Positions 12,346 to 26,949 are shown, counted from the stretch's first letter. The stretch is 64,000 nucleotides of DNA from Eledone cirrhosa (GCA_964016885.1 OZ024753.1:17360001-17424000), one strand, 5' to 3'. The notes: generated from the letters alone by a model not told the origin. Numbers and translations are program-made.

Positions 12346-15043
12346 TGTGGTTGTGAGGTAGGTAGAGGACATGTGGTTGTGAGGTAGGTAGAAGACATAT
12401 AGTTGTGAGGTAGGTAGAAGATTTGTGGTTGTGAGGTAGGTAGAGGACATGTGGTTGTGAGGTAGGTAGAAGACATGTGGTTGTGAGGTAGGTAGAATAT
12501 TTGTGGTTGTGAGGTAGGTAGAGGCCACGTGGTTGTGAGGTAGTTAGAAGACATGTAGTTGTGAGGTAGATAGAAGACATGTGGTTGTGAGGTAGATATA
12601 AGACATGTGGTTGTGAGGTAGGTAGAAGACACGTGGTTGTGAGGTAGATATAAGACATGTGGTTGTGAGGTAGGTAGAAGACACGTGGTTGTGAGGTAGA
12701 TATAAGACATGTGGTTGTGAGGTAGATAGAAGACATGTGGTTGTGAGGTAGGTAGAGGCCACGTGGTTGTGAGGTAGGTAGAAGACACGTGGTTGTGAGG
12801 TAGGTAGAAGACATGTGGTTGAGAGGTAAGTAGAGGACATGTGGTTGTGAGGTAGGTAGAAGACATGTGGTTGTGAGGTAAGTAGAGGACATGTGGTTGT
12901 GAGGTAGGTAGAAAACACGTGGTTGTGAGGTAGATATAAGACATGTGGTTGTGAGGTAGGTAGAAGACACGTGGTTGTGAGGTAGATAGAAGACATGTGG
13001 TTGTGAGGTAGATATAAGACATGTGGTTGTGACGTAGGTAGAAGACACGTGGTTGTGAGGTAGGTAGAGGACACGTGGTTGTAAGGTAGGTAGAAGACAT
13101 GTGGTTGAGAGGTAAGTAGAGGACATGTGGTTGTGAGGTAGGTAGAAGACATGTGGTTGTGAGGTAAGTAGAGGACATGTGGTTGTGAGGTAGGTAGAGG
13201 CCACGTGGTTGTGAGGTAGGTAGAAGACACGTGGTTGTGAGGTAGGTAGAAGACACGTGGTTGTGAGGTAGATAGAAGGCATGTGGTTGTGAGGTAGATA
13301 GAAGACATGTGGTTGTGAGGTAGATATAAGACATGTGGTTGTGAGGTAAGTAGAGGACATGTGGTTGTGAGGTAGGTAGAAGACACGTGGTTGTGAGGTA
13401 GGTAGAAGACATGTGGTTGTGAGGTAGGTAGAAGACACGTGGTTGTGAGGTAGATAGAAGACATGTGGTTGTGAGGTAGGTAGAAGACAAGTCCTTGTGA
13501 GGTAGGTAGAAGACATGTGGTTGTGAGGTAGGTAGAAGACATGTGGTTGTGAGGTAGGTAGAAGACACGTGGTTGTGAGGTAGATAGAAGACATGTGGTT
13601 GTGAGGTAGGTAGAAGACAAGTCCTTGTGAGGTAGGTAGAAGACAAGTCCTTGTGAGGTAGGTAGAAGACAAGTCCTTGTGAGGTAGGTAGAAGACATGT
13701 GGTTGTGAGGTAGGTAGAAGACATGTGGTTGTGAGGTAGGTAGAAGACATGTGGTTGTGAGGTAGGTAGAAGACATGTGGTTGTGAGGTAGGTAGAAGAC
13801 ACGTGGTTGTGAGGTAGATAGAAGACATGTGGTTGTGAGGTAGGTAGAAGACATGTGGTTGTGAGGTAGGTAGAAGACATGTGGTTGTGAGGTAGGTAGA
13901 AGACACGTGGTTGTGAGGTAGATAGAAGACATGTGGTTGTGAGGTAGGTAGAAGACAAGTCCTTGTGAGGTAGGTAGAAGACAAGTCCTTGTGAGGTAGG
14001 TAGAAGACAAGTCCTTGTGAGGTAGGTAGAAGACATGTGGTTGTGAGGTAGGTAGAAGACATGTGGTTGTGAGGTAGGTAGAAGACATGTGGTTGTGAGG
14101 TAGGTAGAAGACATGTGGTTGTGAGGTAGGTAGAAGACACGTGGTTGTGAGGTAGATAGAAGACATGTGGTTGTGAGGTAGGTAGAAGACAAGTCCTTGT
14201 GAGGTAGGTAGAAGACAAGTCCTTGTGAGGTAGGTAGAAGACAAGTCCTTGTGAGGTAGGTAGAAGACATGTGGTTGTGAGGTAGGTAGAAGACATGTGG
14301 TTGTGAGGTAGGTAGAAGACACGTGGTTGTGAGGTAGATAGAAGACATGTGGTTGTGAGGTAGGTAGAAGACAAGTCCTTGTGAGGTAGGTAGAAGACAC
14401 GTGGTTGTGAGGTAGGTAGAAGACATGTGGTTGTGAGGTAGGTAGAAGACAAGTCGTTGTGAGGTAGGTAGAAAACACGTGGTTGTGAGGTAGGTAGAAG
14501 ACATGTGGTTGTGAGGTAGGTAGAAGACAAGTCCGTGTGAGGTAGATAGAAGACATGTGTTTGAGAGGTAGGTAGAAGACATGTGGTTGTGAGGTAGGTA
14601 GAAGACATGTGGTTGTGAGGTAGGTAGAAGACACGTGGTTGTGAGGTAGGTAGAAGACATGTGGTTGTGAGGTAGGTAGAAGACAAGTCGTTGTGAGGTA
14701 GGTAGAAAACACGTGGTTGTGAGGTAGGTAGAAGACATGTGGTTGTGAGGTAGGTAGAAGACAAGTCCGTGTGAGGTAGATAGAAGACATGTGTTTGAGA
14801 GGTAGGTAGAAGACATGTGGTTGTGAGGTAGGTAGAAGACATGTGGTTGTGAGGTAGGTAGAAGACACGTGGTTGTGAGGTAGGTAGAAGACACCTGGTT
14901 GTGAGGTAGGTAGAAGACACCTGGTTGTGAGGTAGGTAGAAGACAAGTCCTTGTGAGGTAGGTAGAAGACACGTGGTTGTGAGGTAGGTACAAGACACCT
15001 GGTTGTGAGGTAGGTAGAAGACACGTGGTTGTGAGGTAGGTAG
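12346..15043. repeat. 26-bp tandem satellite matching the chordin splice donor (about 100 copies; short outlier array at 11047-11245)
   Basis: Unit AAGACATGTGGTTGTGAG|GTAGGTAG is identical to 12283-12308. Confidence 0.95.
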
Positions 15044-15428
15044 ACGATAACCCTACACTTTCTCTGTCTTATACATCCACTCCAACACTATCATGAGCTC
15101 TTCCTCTTAAAACATACAACAAAATACACTTCATCTTCATACATACTTACTTACCGACTCACACACACACACACGTGCATATACACACATACACACACAT
15201 ACACACACATACACACACACACACACATACACACATACACACACACATACATACACATACACACATACATACACACATTCACACATACACACATACGCAC
15301 ACATACATGCATTCACACATACACACACATACACGCATACACACATATACACACATACACACACAGACATACACACACACATACACACATTCACACACAT
15401 ACACCCACACACACACTCACACATACAT

Positions 15429-15459
<31 letters not shown>

Positions 15460-15621
15460 CTAATTATAAAAAGAACGGAGTGTTAGGTATTCATTACGTT
15501 TATTGACGTGTGCCGCGCGTTTCGTGATTGATGCGCTCAGGGTTCGATCTGTATCGATCTGGCCCGAATCTGGAATCAAAAGGTCTTCGGAACTCTGTTA
15601 TGGTAATGATCCGTATGTAAA

Positions 15622-15765
15622 GACGTGTGGCTGAGTGGTTAGACAATTGGATTCACAATCGTCAGGTTGTGAGTTCGATTCTTGTACCGGGCGATGCGTT
15701 ATGTCCTTCAGCAAGACACTTTATTTCACGTTGCTCCTTCTACCTGGAGTTGCGACCGATATATA
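15622..15765 (+). mobile_element. tRNA-derived SINE family 2 (copies 18142-18285(-), about 720-875(-), about 34240-34490(-))
   Basis: A-box TGGCTGAGTGG, B-box GAGTTCGATTC, core TGTCCTTGAGCAAGACACTT. Confidence 0.8.
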
Positions 15766-15808
15766 GTATTAGCAACTGGAAAGACCGATCGAAACATTGT
15801 TTACTAGG

Positions 15809-15902
<94 letters not shown>

Positions 15903-15915
15903 TATATATATATAT

Positions 15916-15946
<31 letters not shown>

Positions 15947-16152
15947 CATTATATATATATATTATATTATATATATATATTATATATATATATATATTAT
16001 ATATATTATATTATATATATATATTATATATATATATATTATATATATATATTATATTATATATATATATTATATATATATTATATATATTATATATATA
16101 TATATATATTATATATATATATATTATATATATATATATATAATATAGAAAA

Positions 16153-16201
16153 GCTTCTACAGAACTAGAACGTTTTCATTCGTGAGAAATCATCAGGAAG
16201 C
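16153..16201 (-). ncRNA. Type I hammerhead ribozyme motif (family C)
   Basis: Reverse complement: gcttc CTGATGA tttctcacgaat GAAA acgttctagttctGTA gaagc. A 5'-truncated plus-strand copy lies at about 16572-16616. Confidence 0.7.
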
Positions 16202-16504
16202 TGACTGTCCAAGTAAATATGGTGGTATTTATATCTTTTCTGGTGGTAGGAGAGAGTGGTGAGTGGGATGGGTGGAGGTCATTGGTTGATGGGTTTAAAG
16301 AAAGGGGAATTCTTTAAAAGGTAATTCTTTTAAGCTGTATTCAGAGAGACAAAGTCAGAAAGAATTCTATAAAGAGGTTCAAATTTGGAGTGCCTCTCCT
16401 TATTGTTAAGTTTCTCTTAAGCTATATTTCAGGTGTCTACAAGCACATTCACACACGCACCCCCCTCCCCCCCCACACACATATATATATACACATATAC
16501 ATAT

Positions 16505-16574
<70 letters not shown>

Positions 16575-16698
16575 ATGATTTCTCACGAATGAAACAGCTC
16601 TAGACCTGTAGAAGCTTATCTATATTAAACATTTATACTCTGCACTGTATTGAGTACCTTACTTACTGTGGTTACTCCCGATTAAACCCGGGATAACT

Positions 16699-16790
<92 letters not shown>

Positions 16791-16910
16791 CGAGGACTTG
16801 TTATCGTAACCACACCCTTCATTGTAAAATTGTGAATAAAAGATACAACGAAAATTGAATTTGAATATTTTTTTGTTTGTTTGATTAAAACATTTATCAA
16901 ATGTCTAAAT

Positions 16911-17202
16911 CAGGCATGGGCAACCGTTTTCGTGAAGCGGGCCGCATGAGATATGGCTCATCACCAGGCAGGCCGCAAGCGGTAATTTACATTCGTGCCC
17001 ACATTAAAAAAACGGGGTGGTAACTCGGGTTGTTTTGATTTGTTTCTTCAGAATTCGTACACGTTGTTTTCCTCGATTGTAAAAATGATAGAAAGATAAA
17101 TTACGACTGAAAAATTGGGGTAAAGAAATCAGAAAGATTTCACGTAGGTGACACAGGCGAACCATTGAGAAAGCTTCGCGGGCCGCAGGTTGCACATAAC
17201 TG
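16911..17202. mobile_element. hAT-like MITE
   Basis: Imperfect TIRs CAGGCATGGGCAACC / GGTTGCACATAACTG with subterminal GCGGGCCGC motifs. No clear TSD. Confidence 0.6.
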
Positions 17203-17339
17203 GTATTTTTTGTTTAATTACACCTTGTCTTTTAAGGGCCTCCTAACTCGAATACAAACCACAGTTCTTTAGATTTACTTACATTCAATATTATATTGTT
17301 GTTTTTTGTTTGACTTTATTTCATTGTTTTATATTTCAG

Positions 17340-17433
17340 CGTGGTCAAGTACGATGCCAGTGGGTCCTTTGTCCACAGTTGTCCTGTAATAACCCCGTAC
17401 ACATTGAAGGACAGTGCTGCCCAGTTTGTCCTG
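17340..17433 (+). CDS. chrd: Chordin exon, second half of VWC2
   Basis: atttcag|CGT...CCTG|gtttgt, phase 0 to 1. RGQVRCQWVLCPQLSCNNPVHIEGQCCPVCP has the VWC CCP.C terminus. Confidence 0.92.
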
Positions 17434-17505
17434 GTTTGTATTCCGCTCTCTCCCTCTGTATCTATGTGTGTCTGATAATTCTCTTTACACCAGCTAAGTT
17501 TCTGC

Positions 17506-17577
<72 letters not shown>

Positions 17578-17616
17578 GATATTAACAAATGGAAACTATA
17601 TTTATAAAACCATATA

Positions 17617-17681
17617 TATTTTATTATACATATTTCAAGGATACCATGTTAAATTATGGTATGCTTTCATCAGATAAAATA
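17617..17681 (-). ncRNA. Type I hammerhead ribozyme motif (family A)
   Basis: Reverse complement: tattttat CTGATGA aagcatacc..ggtatcctt GAAA tatgtaTA ataaaata. 8-bp stem I. Confidence 0.78.
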
Positions 17682-17796
17682 CAATATATACCAGTTTTAT
17701 AAATAAATTTTAACATACCCTTTCAAAGTTGCAACCGTTACTTTTGGAAGACATCAGGATATCTGATGTCTTCCAAAAGTAAATTGGTATATATTG

Positions 17797-17861
17797 TATT
17801 TTGTCTGATGAAAGCATACCATAATTTAACATGGTATCCTTGAAATATGTATAATAAAATA
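17797..17861 (+). ncRNA. Type I hammerhead ribozyme motif (family A, inverted partner)
   Basis: tattttgt CTGATGA(17805) ... GAAA(17842) tatgtaTA ataaaata. Confidence 0.75.
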
Positions 17862-18010
17862 TATATGGTTTTATAAATATAGTTTCCATTTGTTAATATC
17901 GTATATTTACTCCAATTATTTGTCGAGTGCTTTATATCAGTTATAAAAGTGTTTGCTTGTTGTATCCCAACAATTTAAATAGAACTTTTGTATATATATA
18001 TATATATATA

Positions 18011-18063
<53 letters not shown>

Positions 18064-21000
18064 ATATACATGTGTGTGTGCATATACATTATATATATTT
18101 ATATATATACATATAAACATACATAAATATATGCAAATACTATCTATCGTTCGCAACTCCAGGTAGAAGGAGCAACGTGAAATAAAGTGTCTTGCTCAAG
18201 GACATAACGCATCGCCCGGTACAAGAATCGAAATCACAACCTCACGATTGTGAATCCAATTCTCTAACCACCCAGCCACGCGCCTTATATATATATATGT
18301 TTATCCCGGTTTCAATCGGGGGTAACCACAGTAAGTAAGGTACTCAATACATAGCAGAGTATAAATATTTAATATAGAAATGGATTCTACAGGACTAGAA
18401 CGGTTTCATTACCCCGCCGAGGTTAACTTTGCCTTTTATCCTTACGGGGTCGATAAAATAAAGTACCAGTAATGTACTGGATAATTGCTGGCCTTGTGCC
18501 AACAGTAGAAACAATTATATATATATATATATATACATACATGTCTGTGTGCCTGTGTTTGAGTTTTTGTGTGTGTATGTGTATGTGCTTGCGTGTGCTT
18601 TAGTGAATCTGTGAGTTTGGTACACACGCTGACATGTATAAGTGTGTGTATATACAGGTGTAATTGGGAAATAGTCGAAATACATTTAATATAACAAATC
18701 TGGTATTGATTTTCTTATTTCAACAGTCTCCACTTCTTAAATACATATAAAACATCTTATAATGATGTTGAGATCAAAAGAGAAGCAACGAAAGGTAGAA
18801 AACAAACAGTAAACACGATAACAACAACCACAACTTCTTCTCAAAAGATGTTTGCGTGTAGTTACAATGGTGGAAAAAATTCATCTCGTGTTATTATGTC
18901 ATAAAATAGCTGAATCACTGAAATGCCGTGATTTACTTTGATATAAAGACTTAAGGCGTTTTATATACTGCGATTTAGTTGCTTGAATAATTTTATTGCA
19001 TTCTTCCCCGTCTCACCTTTGGGTTTATCTTGTCTAAAGCTGTTATGAGAAGAGAAGGTTGATGTTGATTCTGTCATTAAGGGTTTCCTATATTGACATA
19101 CGATCTCTCATATAATCGATTGCACTAAAATTCAATACATAAATGGAATTTAGTTTATCTATTTCCGATGGATAAAAATGGAAGTTGACTTCGGAGAGAT
19201 TTTAACTTTGAACCCCACGAAAAAGATGAGAACTCGTTCAGTTGGACACTTCCAGTTCAGCTATGTCACAGCCGTTATATGTATGGACCTGTAACTCCTG
19301 ATGAAGTTGTAAGGGTTTTCTAATGACATAGAGCGTGTCTTGGGCATTTTAAAACCTAACGGAGCCCATACCCTAACTCTCCAGGTCCGAACACAGCTAA
19401 CTTCCTAAAGGAAAAGAGAGAGTGCTAGGGGGGGGGGGGGGGGGGGCGAGAAAGAAATATAAAGGAAGAATCGACTCCGTTTCTGGATTTGTGTTTTTGT
19501 TTTATCAACCACGAAAGTCGACCAGGGCGGTGTTTGAATGTAGAACGTAAAGAGCCGTAACATGTAACAAAAGAGACTTTATTCAGCGCTCTACCGATTC
19601 TGCTAATCTATCGCCCTCAATCTATTGTAAATAATTGTTTCTACTTTTATCCCAGTGCATTACTGGTACTTTATTTTATCGACCCCGTAAGGATGAAAGG
19701 CAAAGTTAACCTCGGCGGGATTTGAACTCAGAATAGCAAGGGCGTAACTCTATGCTGCAAAGCATGGCGTCCGATCCTCTACCGATAATCCGCAACCTAT
19801 TGTAAATAATTGTTTCTACGTTAGGCACAAGGCCAGCAATTACCCAGTGCATTACTGGTACTTTATTTTATCGACCCCGTAAGGATGAAAGGCAAAGTTA
19901 ACCTCGGCGGGATTTGAACTCAGACCATGAAAGGGCGTAACTCTATGCTGCAAAGCATGGCGTCCGATCCTCTCCCGATACCGATAATCCGCAACCTATT
20001 GTAAATAATAAAACTCCGTCGATGCTAAAAAAAAGAAGAAAACACGGAAAAGGAAAGAGAAATTCTACATATCACCGCAAAGTATATCTGTGAGACATTT
20101 TCATCAAGACTACCACTAAATGTAATAAAAACTGGCAAGATCTAATTATTTGGGACAGAACCTGATATCTATATTGTTGTGGAAGCCAGCAGTATTAGCA
20201 GATGCGAACATTTCATTTAAAATATGCGGGAAGAACATTTAGTGGTCGACTGTTTCACCAACTATGACTTCAACACTAATAAATTGACTTCCCATTTATA
20301 ATTACTGGTGGACATAGTGTATATTCATACCACTGTGGCTCATAAATAACTTTACTTTTTTATTAGTTAATAACTTTTTTTTATCAATACTTTGTTTTGA
20401 ATTTTTATATCTGATTTGGAAAATACTATCTGGAAAGTTTTCATAATAAATTCCCAGTTAAGATATTTTCAAAATGTAATGTAAAAGTTAAAACGAAAAT
20501 TATTGATAAATTTTAAAATGGTAAAATCCTTTATGAACTATTCCATATTGCTATTCTTGCAAAATTTAACTCTTCTTCCGAGTAAAACATTGTCTAAAAT
20601 TTTAACCAATTCTACCTCTTAGCAGAAGAGGGTAAAAAAACACCAACAAAAATAGCAAAACAAGGAAAGACTTTTCTACACTTCAGGCTGATATTTTTAC
20701 TGTTCTTATTTAACTTCCAATAATCGATATTTGATCTTTGTTTTTGTAAAACAGCCTCTTGTTTATAGAAATAATTCAAAGAATTAAAATAGGGAAGACA
20801 AAGACATGTACATAACCACGAAGACAATGTTTATGTTCCATATAAAGCGACTTGCACAGACACGTGTATACATAGGTTCGTATCGTTTCTTAAACCTGAC
20901 TGCTACAATTATACACATGGTCACATACACACACATATATGTATGTATGGTATGCGGAAGAACTGATAAGAGTCAACGGCCATCAAAAAATGTGTAAATA

Positions 21001-21175
21001 TGTATATACCTATATGCATGTGTATATACATATATATATGTATATATGTATTTGAAAGTTCTTGGTTGTCCATCGTAGACGATGATGACATCTTTACTTT
21101 AGTCTCCGTCTGCCATAGGCACGCAGGAGACCATGGGGACGGATCCTTGACTTGCAGGTCCGGGGACAGTGAAAG

Positions 21176-21208
<33 letters not shown>

Positions 21209-21209
21209 T

Positions 21210-21560
21210 ATAAGATCAAAAGATGGTTAAAAGAGATCAATGTATTTTATTATGCGCATTTCAAAAACAAATATCATCATGCAATAACATTTGCGTTTTC
21301 GTCAGATAAAATAGGGAGACATGATATGAAGGTTAAAACACACTTGTGAATAGTGCAGTTTTAAATCAACATGACGAAAACGCAAATGTTATTGCATGAT
21401 GATATTTGTTTTTGAAATGCGCATAATAAAATACATGGAACTCTTTTAACCATCTTTTGATCTTATATATTATTTATACTCCAGTCCTACAAACTGTAGA
21501 GTGCTACTTATCCGATATCTGCATTGCTTTATTGTACTACAATAAAACTCACCTCCTACA
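21210..21560 (+). mobile_element. Fold-back hammerhead element, family E (also 40239-40845 in opposite orientation)
   Basis: Inverted arms AAGATCAAAAGATGG.../...CCATCTTTTGATCTT plus a tail ending CACCTCCTAC. Flanked by (TA)n. Confidence 0.78.
21243..21313 (-). ncRNA. Type I hammerhead ribozyme motif (family E)
   Basis: Reverse complement: tattttat CTGACGA aaacgcaaatg..tatttgttttt GAAA tgcgcaTA ataaaata. Palindromic stem III ATGCGCAT. Confidence 0.78.
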
Positions 21561-21566
21561 TATATA

Positions 21567-21602
<36 letters not shown>

Positions 21603-22774
21603 GGGGCATAGAAATAATCGAACTGAATATCCGATTGCGTGGAGTGAAGTACCCCTAACTTTTGTCAAGACATTCTTCTAGGAGAAGGCAACTCAGGAGA
21701 CTGGGATAACTCCGATATAAAACCTGCAGCCCAGTAGTTACCGGTGATGTTGATCTTTTCTTCTATTCGGGTTATAGCTACTGTCGCTCAGAGAGTGGGA
21801 TTGGCTCAGTGCACAGTCTTTCCTCACTTTAAAAAATATCTTCACGCACCGGCATTGCATGATAGAATTAATTAATAATTATTAATAATGGTATATCGTG
21901 GCCATACTCGATAACGAGGGGGCAGCCATCATGTATGTATGTATTTATGTTCTTCTGGTTTTATAATTTAACACATTTTTGCCAATAGAGAGAGAGAGTC
22001 GGTTTATCACATAGACACAAGACTCTCTCATTGGAATTTATACAGCATCAACTAGGTAGATATGTATGCATGTCTTCATGCATGCATGTGTGTGTAGATA
22101 TGGATGTTATTGTATGTGTGGATGTGGATGTTTGAGTTGTATGTGTGCATGTGCATACACTTTCTATCTGTACATGTGCATATGCAGTTATTAGATGCGA
22201 ACATTTTGGAATGTTTTACATATTTTTACTGTTCCATTAATGGATTGTACTTGTAATTTCCTAACTAGTTGTGTTCTTTCTGTTCCTGTTAAGCCTGTAC
22301 ATCCTCATCCGGTAAGGGCTGTTGATGACGATTCACCACATCAGAGATGCGAGGCAGGGCCCCATATGTGACTGTAATGATGAGCTGACCTATCATTACA
22401 GTTTCATTCATGATTATCTTATCTTATTGAAAAATAAGTGGTTAGATTTGTTGGACATTTAACTGCTTTTTCTAGCAGATAATGCTGAATACAGATACGT
22501 AAATGGCTCCTTCGTTTGCTCAGCTGTTTTAGAGTCTGGGTAGAAAACCTGAATCAGTGCCAATGATACAACTCTAACTTGTGGCCCCTCGAGTAATAGT
22601 CTAGTTCCCTACCTACTTGTACATCCACATCACATCCGTCGGGTTTGTTGCGCTTTCTTCCAGCCATCCATACAGCACCCAGCCACCCAGCCGACCAGCC
22701 AGCCACACAGCCAGCCGTCCTGTAAAACATCTAACCATCCATCTATTCAACCGGTCTGTCAAACATCCATCGAC

Positions 22775-23790
22775 CGTCACCGTCACCACAACCACCAGCA
22801 GCACCACCACCACTTCCCCCACCTCTGGCTCTAACAGTAAGCCCCCCATCACCACCATCACTCCCCCGCCCCGATACCACCACCATCACCCCCCAATACC
22901 ACCACCATCACTTCCCCCATCACTTCCCCCACCACCACCACCAATATCACCACCATCACTCCCCCAATACCACCACCATCACTTCCACCATCACTTCCCC
23001 CACCACTGCCACCACCACCACCACCAATAACACCGCCATCACTCCCCCAATACCACCACCATCACTTCCCCCACCACTGCCACCACCACCACCACCACCA
23101 CCACCACCAATACCACCACCATCACTCCCCCAATACCACCACCATCACTTCCACCATCACTTCCCCCACCACTGCCACAACCACCACCACCACCAATACC
23201 ACCACCATCATGCCCCCAATACCACCACCATCACTTCCCCCATCTCTTCCCCCACCACTGCCACCACCACCACCACCACCAATACCACCACCATCACTCC
23301 CCCAATACCACCACCATCACTTCCCCCATCTCTTCCCCCACCACTGCCACCACCACCACCACCTATAGCACCACCATCACCCCCCCAATACCACCACCAT
23401 CACTTCCCCCATCACTTCCCCCACCACTGCCACCACCACCACCACCACCAATACCACCACCATCACCCCTCCAATACCACCACCATCACTTCCCCCATCA
23501 CTTCCCCCACCACTGCCACCACCACCACCACCACCAATACCACCACCATCACTTCCCCCACCACTGCCACCACCACCACCACCACCACCAATACCACCAC
23601 CATCACTCCCCCAATACCACCACCATCACTTCCCCCATCTCTTCCCCCACCACTGCCACCACCACCACCGCCACCAATACCACCACCATCACCCCTCCAA
23701 TACCACCACCATCACTTCCCCCATCACTTCCCCCACCACTGCCACCACCACCACCACCACCACCAATAGCACCACCCACGTACAACAGTA
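22775..23790. repeat. CCA-rich higher-order tandem repeat
   Basis: CCAATACCACCACCATCACTTCCCC units. Confidence 0.9.
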
Positions 23791-24041
23791 CCACCCATTA
23801 AACAGTGCTATCACCTTACTATTGCACCTAGACACACCTGCAAGCCTGACTCTCCATCAGAGAACCTATTCACCCCTATCATCTTAACGAAGAATATATA
23901 TATATATATGTATATATATGTATGTATATGTATGTATATATATGTATGTATATGTATGTATATATATATATATGTATATATATATTATGTATATATATTT
24001 ATATATATATATATATATATGTATGTATATATATGTATATA

Positions 24042-24104
<63 letters not shown>

Positions 24105-24135
24105 GTGTAGCATGTATATATATATATATATGTAG

Positions 24136-24180
<45 letters not shown>

Positions 24181-24217
24181 GTATATGTATATATATATAT
24201 ATGTATATATATATATG

Positions 24218-24275
<58 letters not shown>

Positions 24276-24286
24276 GCATGTATATG

Positions 24287-24324
<38 letters not shown>

Positions 24325-24358
24325 TATATAGCATGTATATATATATATATATACATGC

Positions 24359-24396
<38 letters not shown>

Positions 24397-24402
24397 CACA
24401 CA

Positions 24403-24437
<35 letters not shown>

Positions 24438-24733
24438 ATATATATATATATATGTATAAAACAGCGTTAGGAATAAAACAAGTACAAAATTGAATCTTCC
24501 TTAAAACATCAGTAACAACAACAATAGCAACTGTGATAAACAACAGCTAACAACAAAAATGTCATTTGTCTTCGCAGTAGTCGATATCTATATATATTCA
24601 TCTTTCTCCTCCTCTTCCTCTCTAGATGACTGTGTATGTATTCTAGGCCCCCTCCCTTTCTTTCCCTTGCTCTCTCTCTCTCCTCCCCCTCTCTCTCTCC
24701 TCTCTCTTTCTCTCTCTATATATATATTTATAC

Positions 24734-24803
<70 letters not shown>

Positions 24804-25012
24804 GTATATATATATATAAATATATATAAATGTATATATATATATAAATATATATAAATGTATATATATATAAATGTATATATATATATAAATATATATA
24901 TATATATGTGTATATATATATATATATATATAAATGTATATATATATAAATGTATATATATATATAAATATATATAAATGTATATATATATAAATGTATA
25001 TATATATATATA

Positions 25013-25045
<33 letters not shown>

Positions 25046-25078
25046 GTGTATATATATAAATGTATATATATATAAATG

Positions 25079-25120
<42 letters not shown>

Positions 25121-25132
25121 TATATAAAAATG

Positions 25133-25191
<59 letters not shown>

Positions 25192-25210
25192 GTATATATA
25201 TATATATATA

Positions 25211-25323
<113 letters not shown>

Positions 25324-25709
25324 GTATATATATATATAAATAGTTAAAAGAATAGAGGTGTAACACACAAGTTATTATATATTGGTAAACGGAATAGAAA
25401 ATGCTGACAAATTGTTCACAGTTGAAAAATGGTTTAATTAGGAATAAAAGAGTATTAGTGATTGTATGGGTTAGTATTCAGTTGTGGTTTTAAGTTTTTA
25501 AGTTTTTACCGGTTGCGCATTTCTAAATGCTTTTCAAAAATAATTTTGAGATAGAGTGTCCCTGCTGTTTGCTCTGATCTGATTAGTTTTGGGAATTCTA
25601 CCTGTTTTTATGTTAAAAAAATGGCTCCAGCGTTATTTTTGTGTTGCAAAAATGCTTGTGGTCAAAACAATTTTGATTGGTCGGTAGAGGTCATGTGAAT
25701 TTATATATA

Positions 25710-25776
<67 letters not shown>

Positions 25777-25796
25777 GTATATATATATATATATAA

Positions 25797-25830
<34 letters not shown>

Positions 25831-25848
25831 GTATATATATATAAATGT

Positions 25849-25985
<137 letters not shown>

Positions 25986-26559
25986 CATGTATGTATATAT
26001 GTATATATATGTATATATATAGATATATATACATGTATGTATATATGTATATACGTATATATACACTCATATATACATGCGCACACTCACGCATTCACAC
26101 AGACACAGACACACACACACGCACGCACACACATATATAACATATATATATATGTATATATGTTCATTTTACTAAGGTCAAATTGTGAGTCTTGTACCTC
26201 GGGAGTTACACGTGCTTCTGACAGGGTCATCAGATGAGAACCTGACTGATGACCCTGTGAGAAGCAAGAGAAACTTCGGCGGAACAAGACTCATTGTTTA
26301 GCTTTAATAAAATCAACATTTAAACTTCTCTGTTAACTACATAGGGATATATATATGTGTGTGTGTGTGTGTGTGTATATATATAAATTAATAAAATAAT
26401 GAATAAACAAAGAAACAGTTCCTTATATTAAAAAATTCATCATTTTACGATCGTTTCTAGGATATATATGTTAGTGTTGGTATGCATATCATATAGATCT
26501 ATGTCAAATTTTTACAAACTATCAGATTGGACACTACCGTACATTTTGGTAGATTTATC

Positions 26560-26605
<46 letters not shown>

Positions 26606-26858
26606 TCACAAGAATCAAAGCTATGTTCAAAGCATTTATTCACTTACAATTGTTTCATCCAAACCTAGGCTTGGAGTCTTCGGATCATTTTTCAATGTAT
26701 TCTATATAACTGCTCTGTAGAACAAATGATGTTATTACATTGAGCTATTTATCTTACTGGTAATAAGGTAGTAATAAATTACTGACCTTCATGTTTAGGG
26801 TTTAAAATATATATAACTATAAAAAGATTTAGTATATACATAACCATAAATAGTATCC

Positions 26859-26949
<91 letters not shown>

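Larger units (their letters stand above)
17577..17990. mobile_element. Fold-back hammerhead element, family A (also 31186-31538, 42892-43362, 43385-43820)
   Basis: Long inverted arms starting CGATATTAACAAATGGAAAC, a unique ~90-nt tail, and (TA)n on both sides. Confidence 0.8.

Noticed and set aside
12243-15024. 826-916 aa minus-strand ORFs
   Set aside because: All three frames are open only because the 26-bp unit lacks stops on that strand. This is a satellite artefact.
15622-15700. tRNA gene (A/B boxes), likewise other SINE heads
   Set aside because: Part of dispersed SINEs with core and tail, with no complete cloverleaf.
22294-22311. Possible 18-nt phase-1 micro-exon (aag|CCTGTACATCCTCATCCG|gtaagg) between VWC2 and VWC3
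   Set aside because: Frame-compatible but not needed to join the flanking exons, it adds an unpaired Cys, and it cannot be supported without transcripts.
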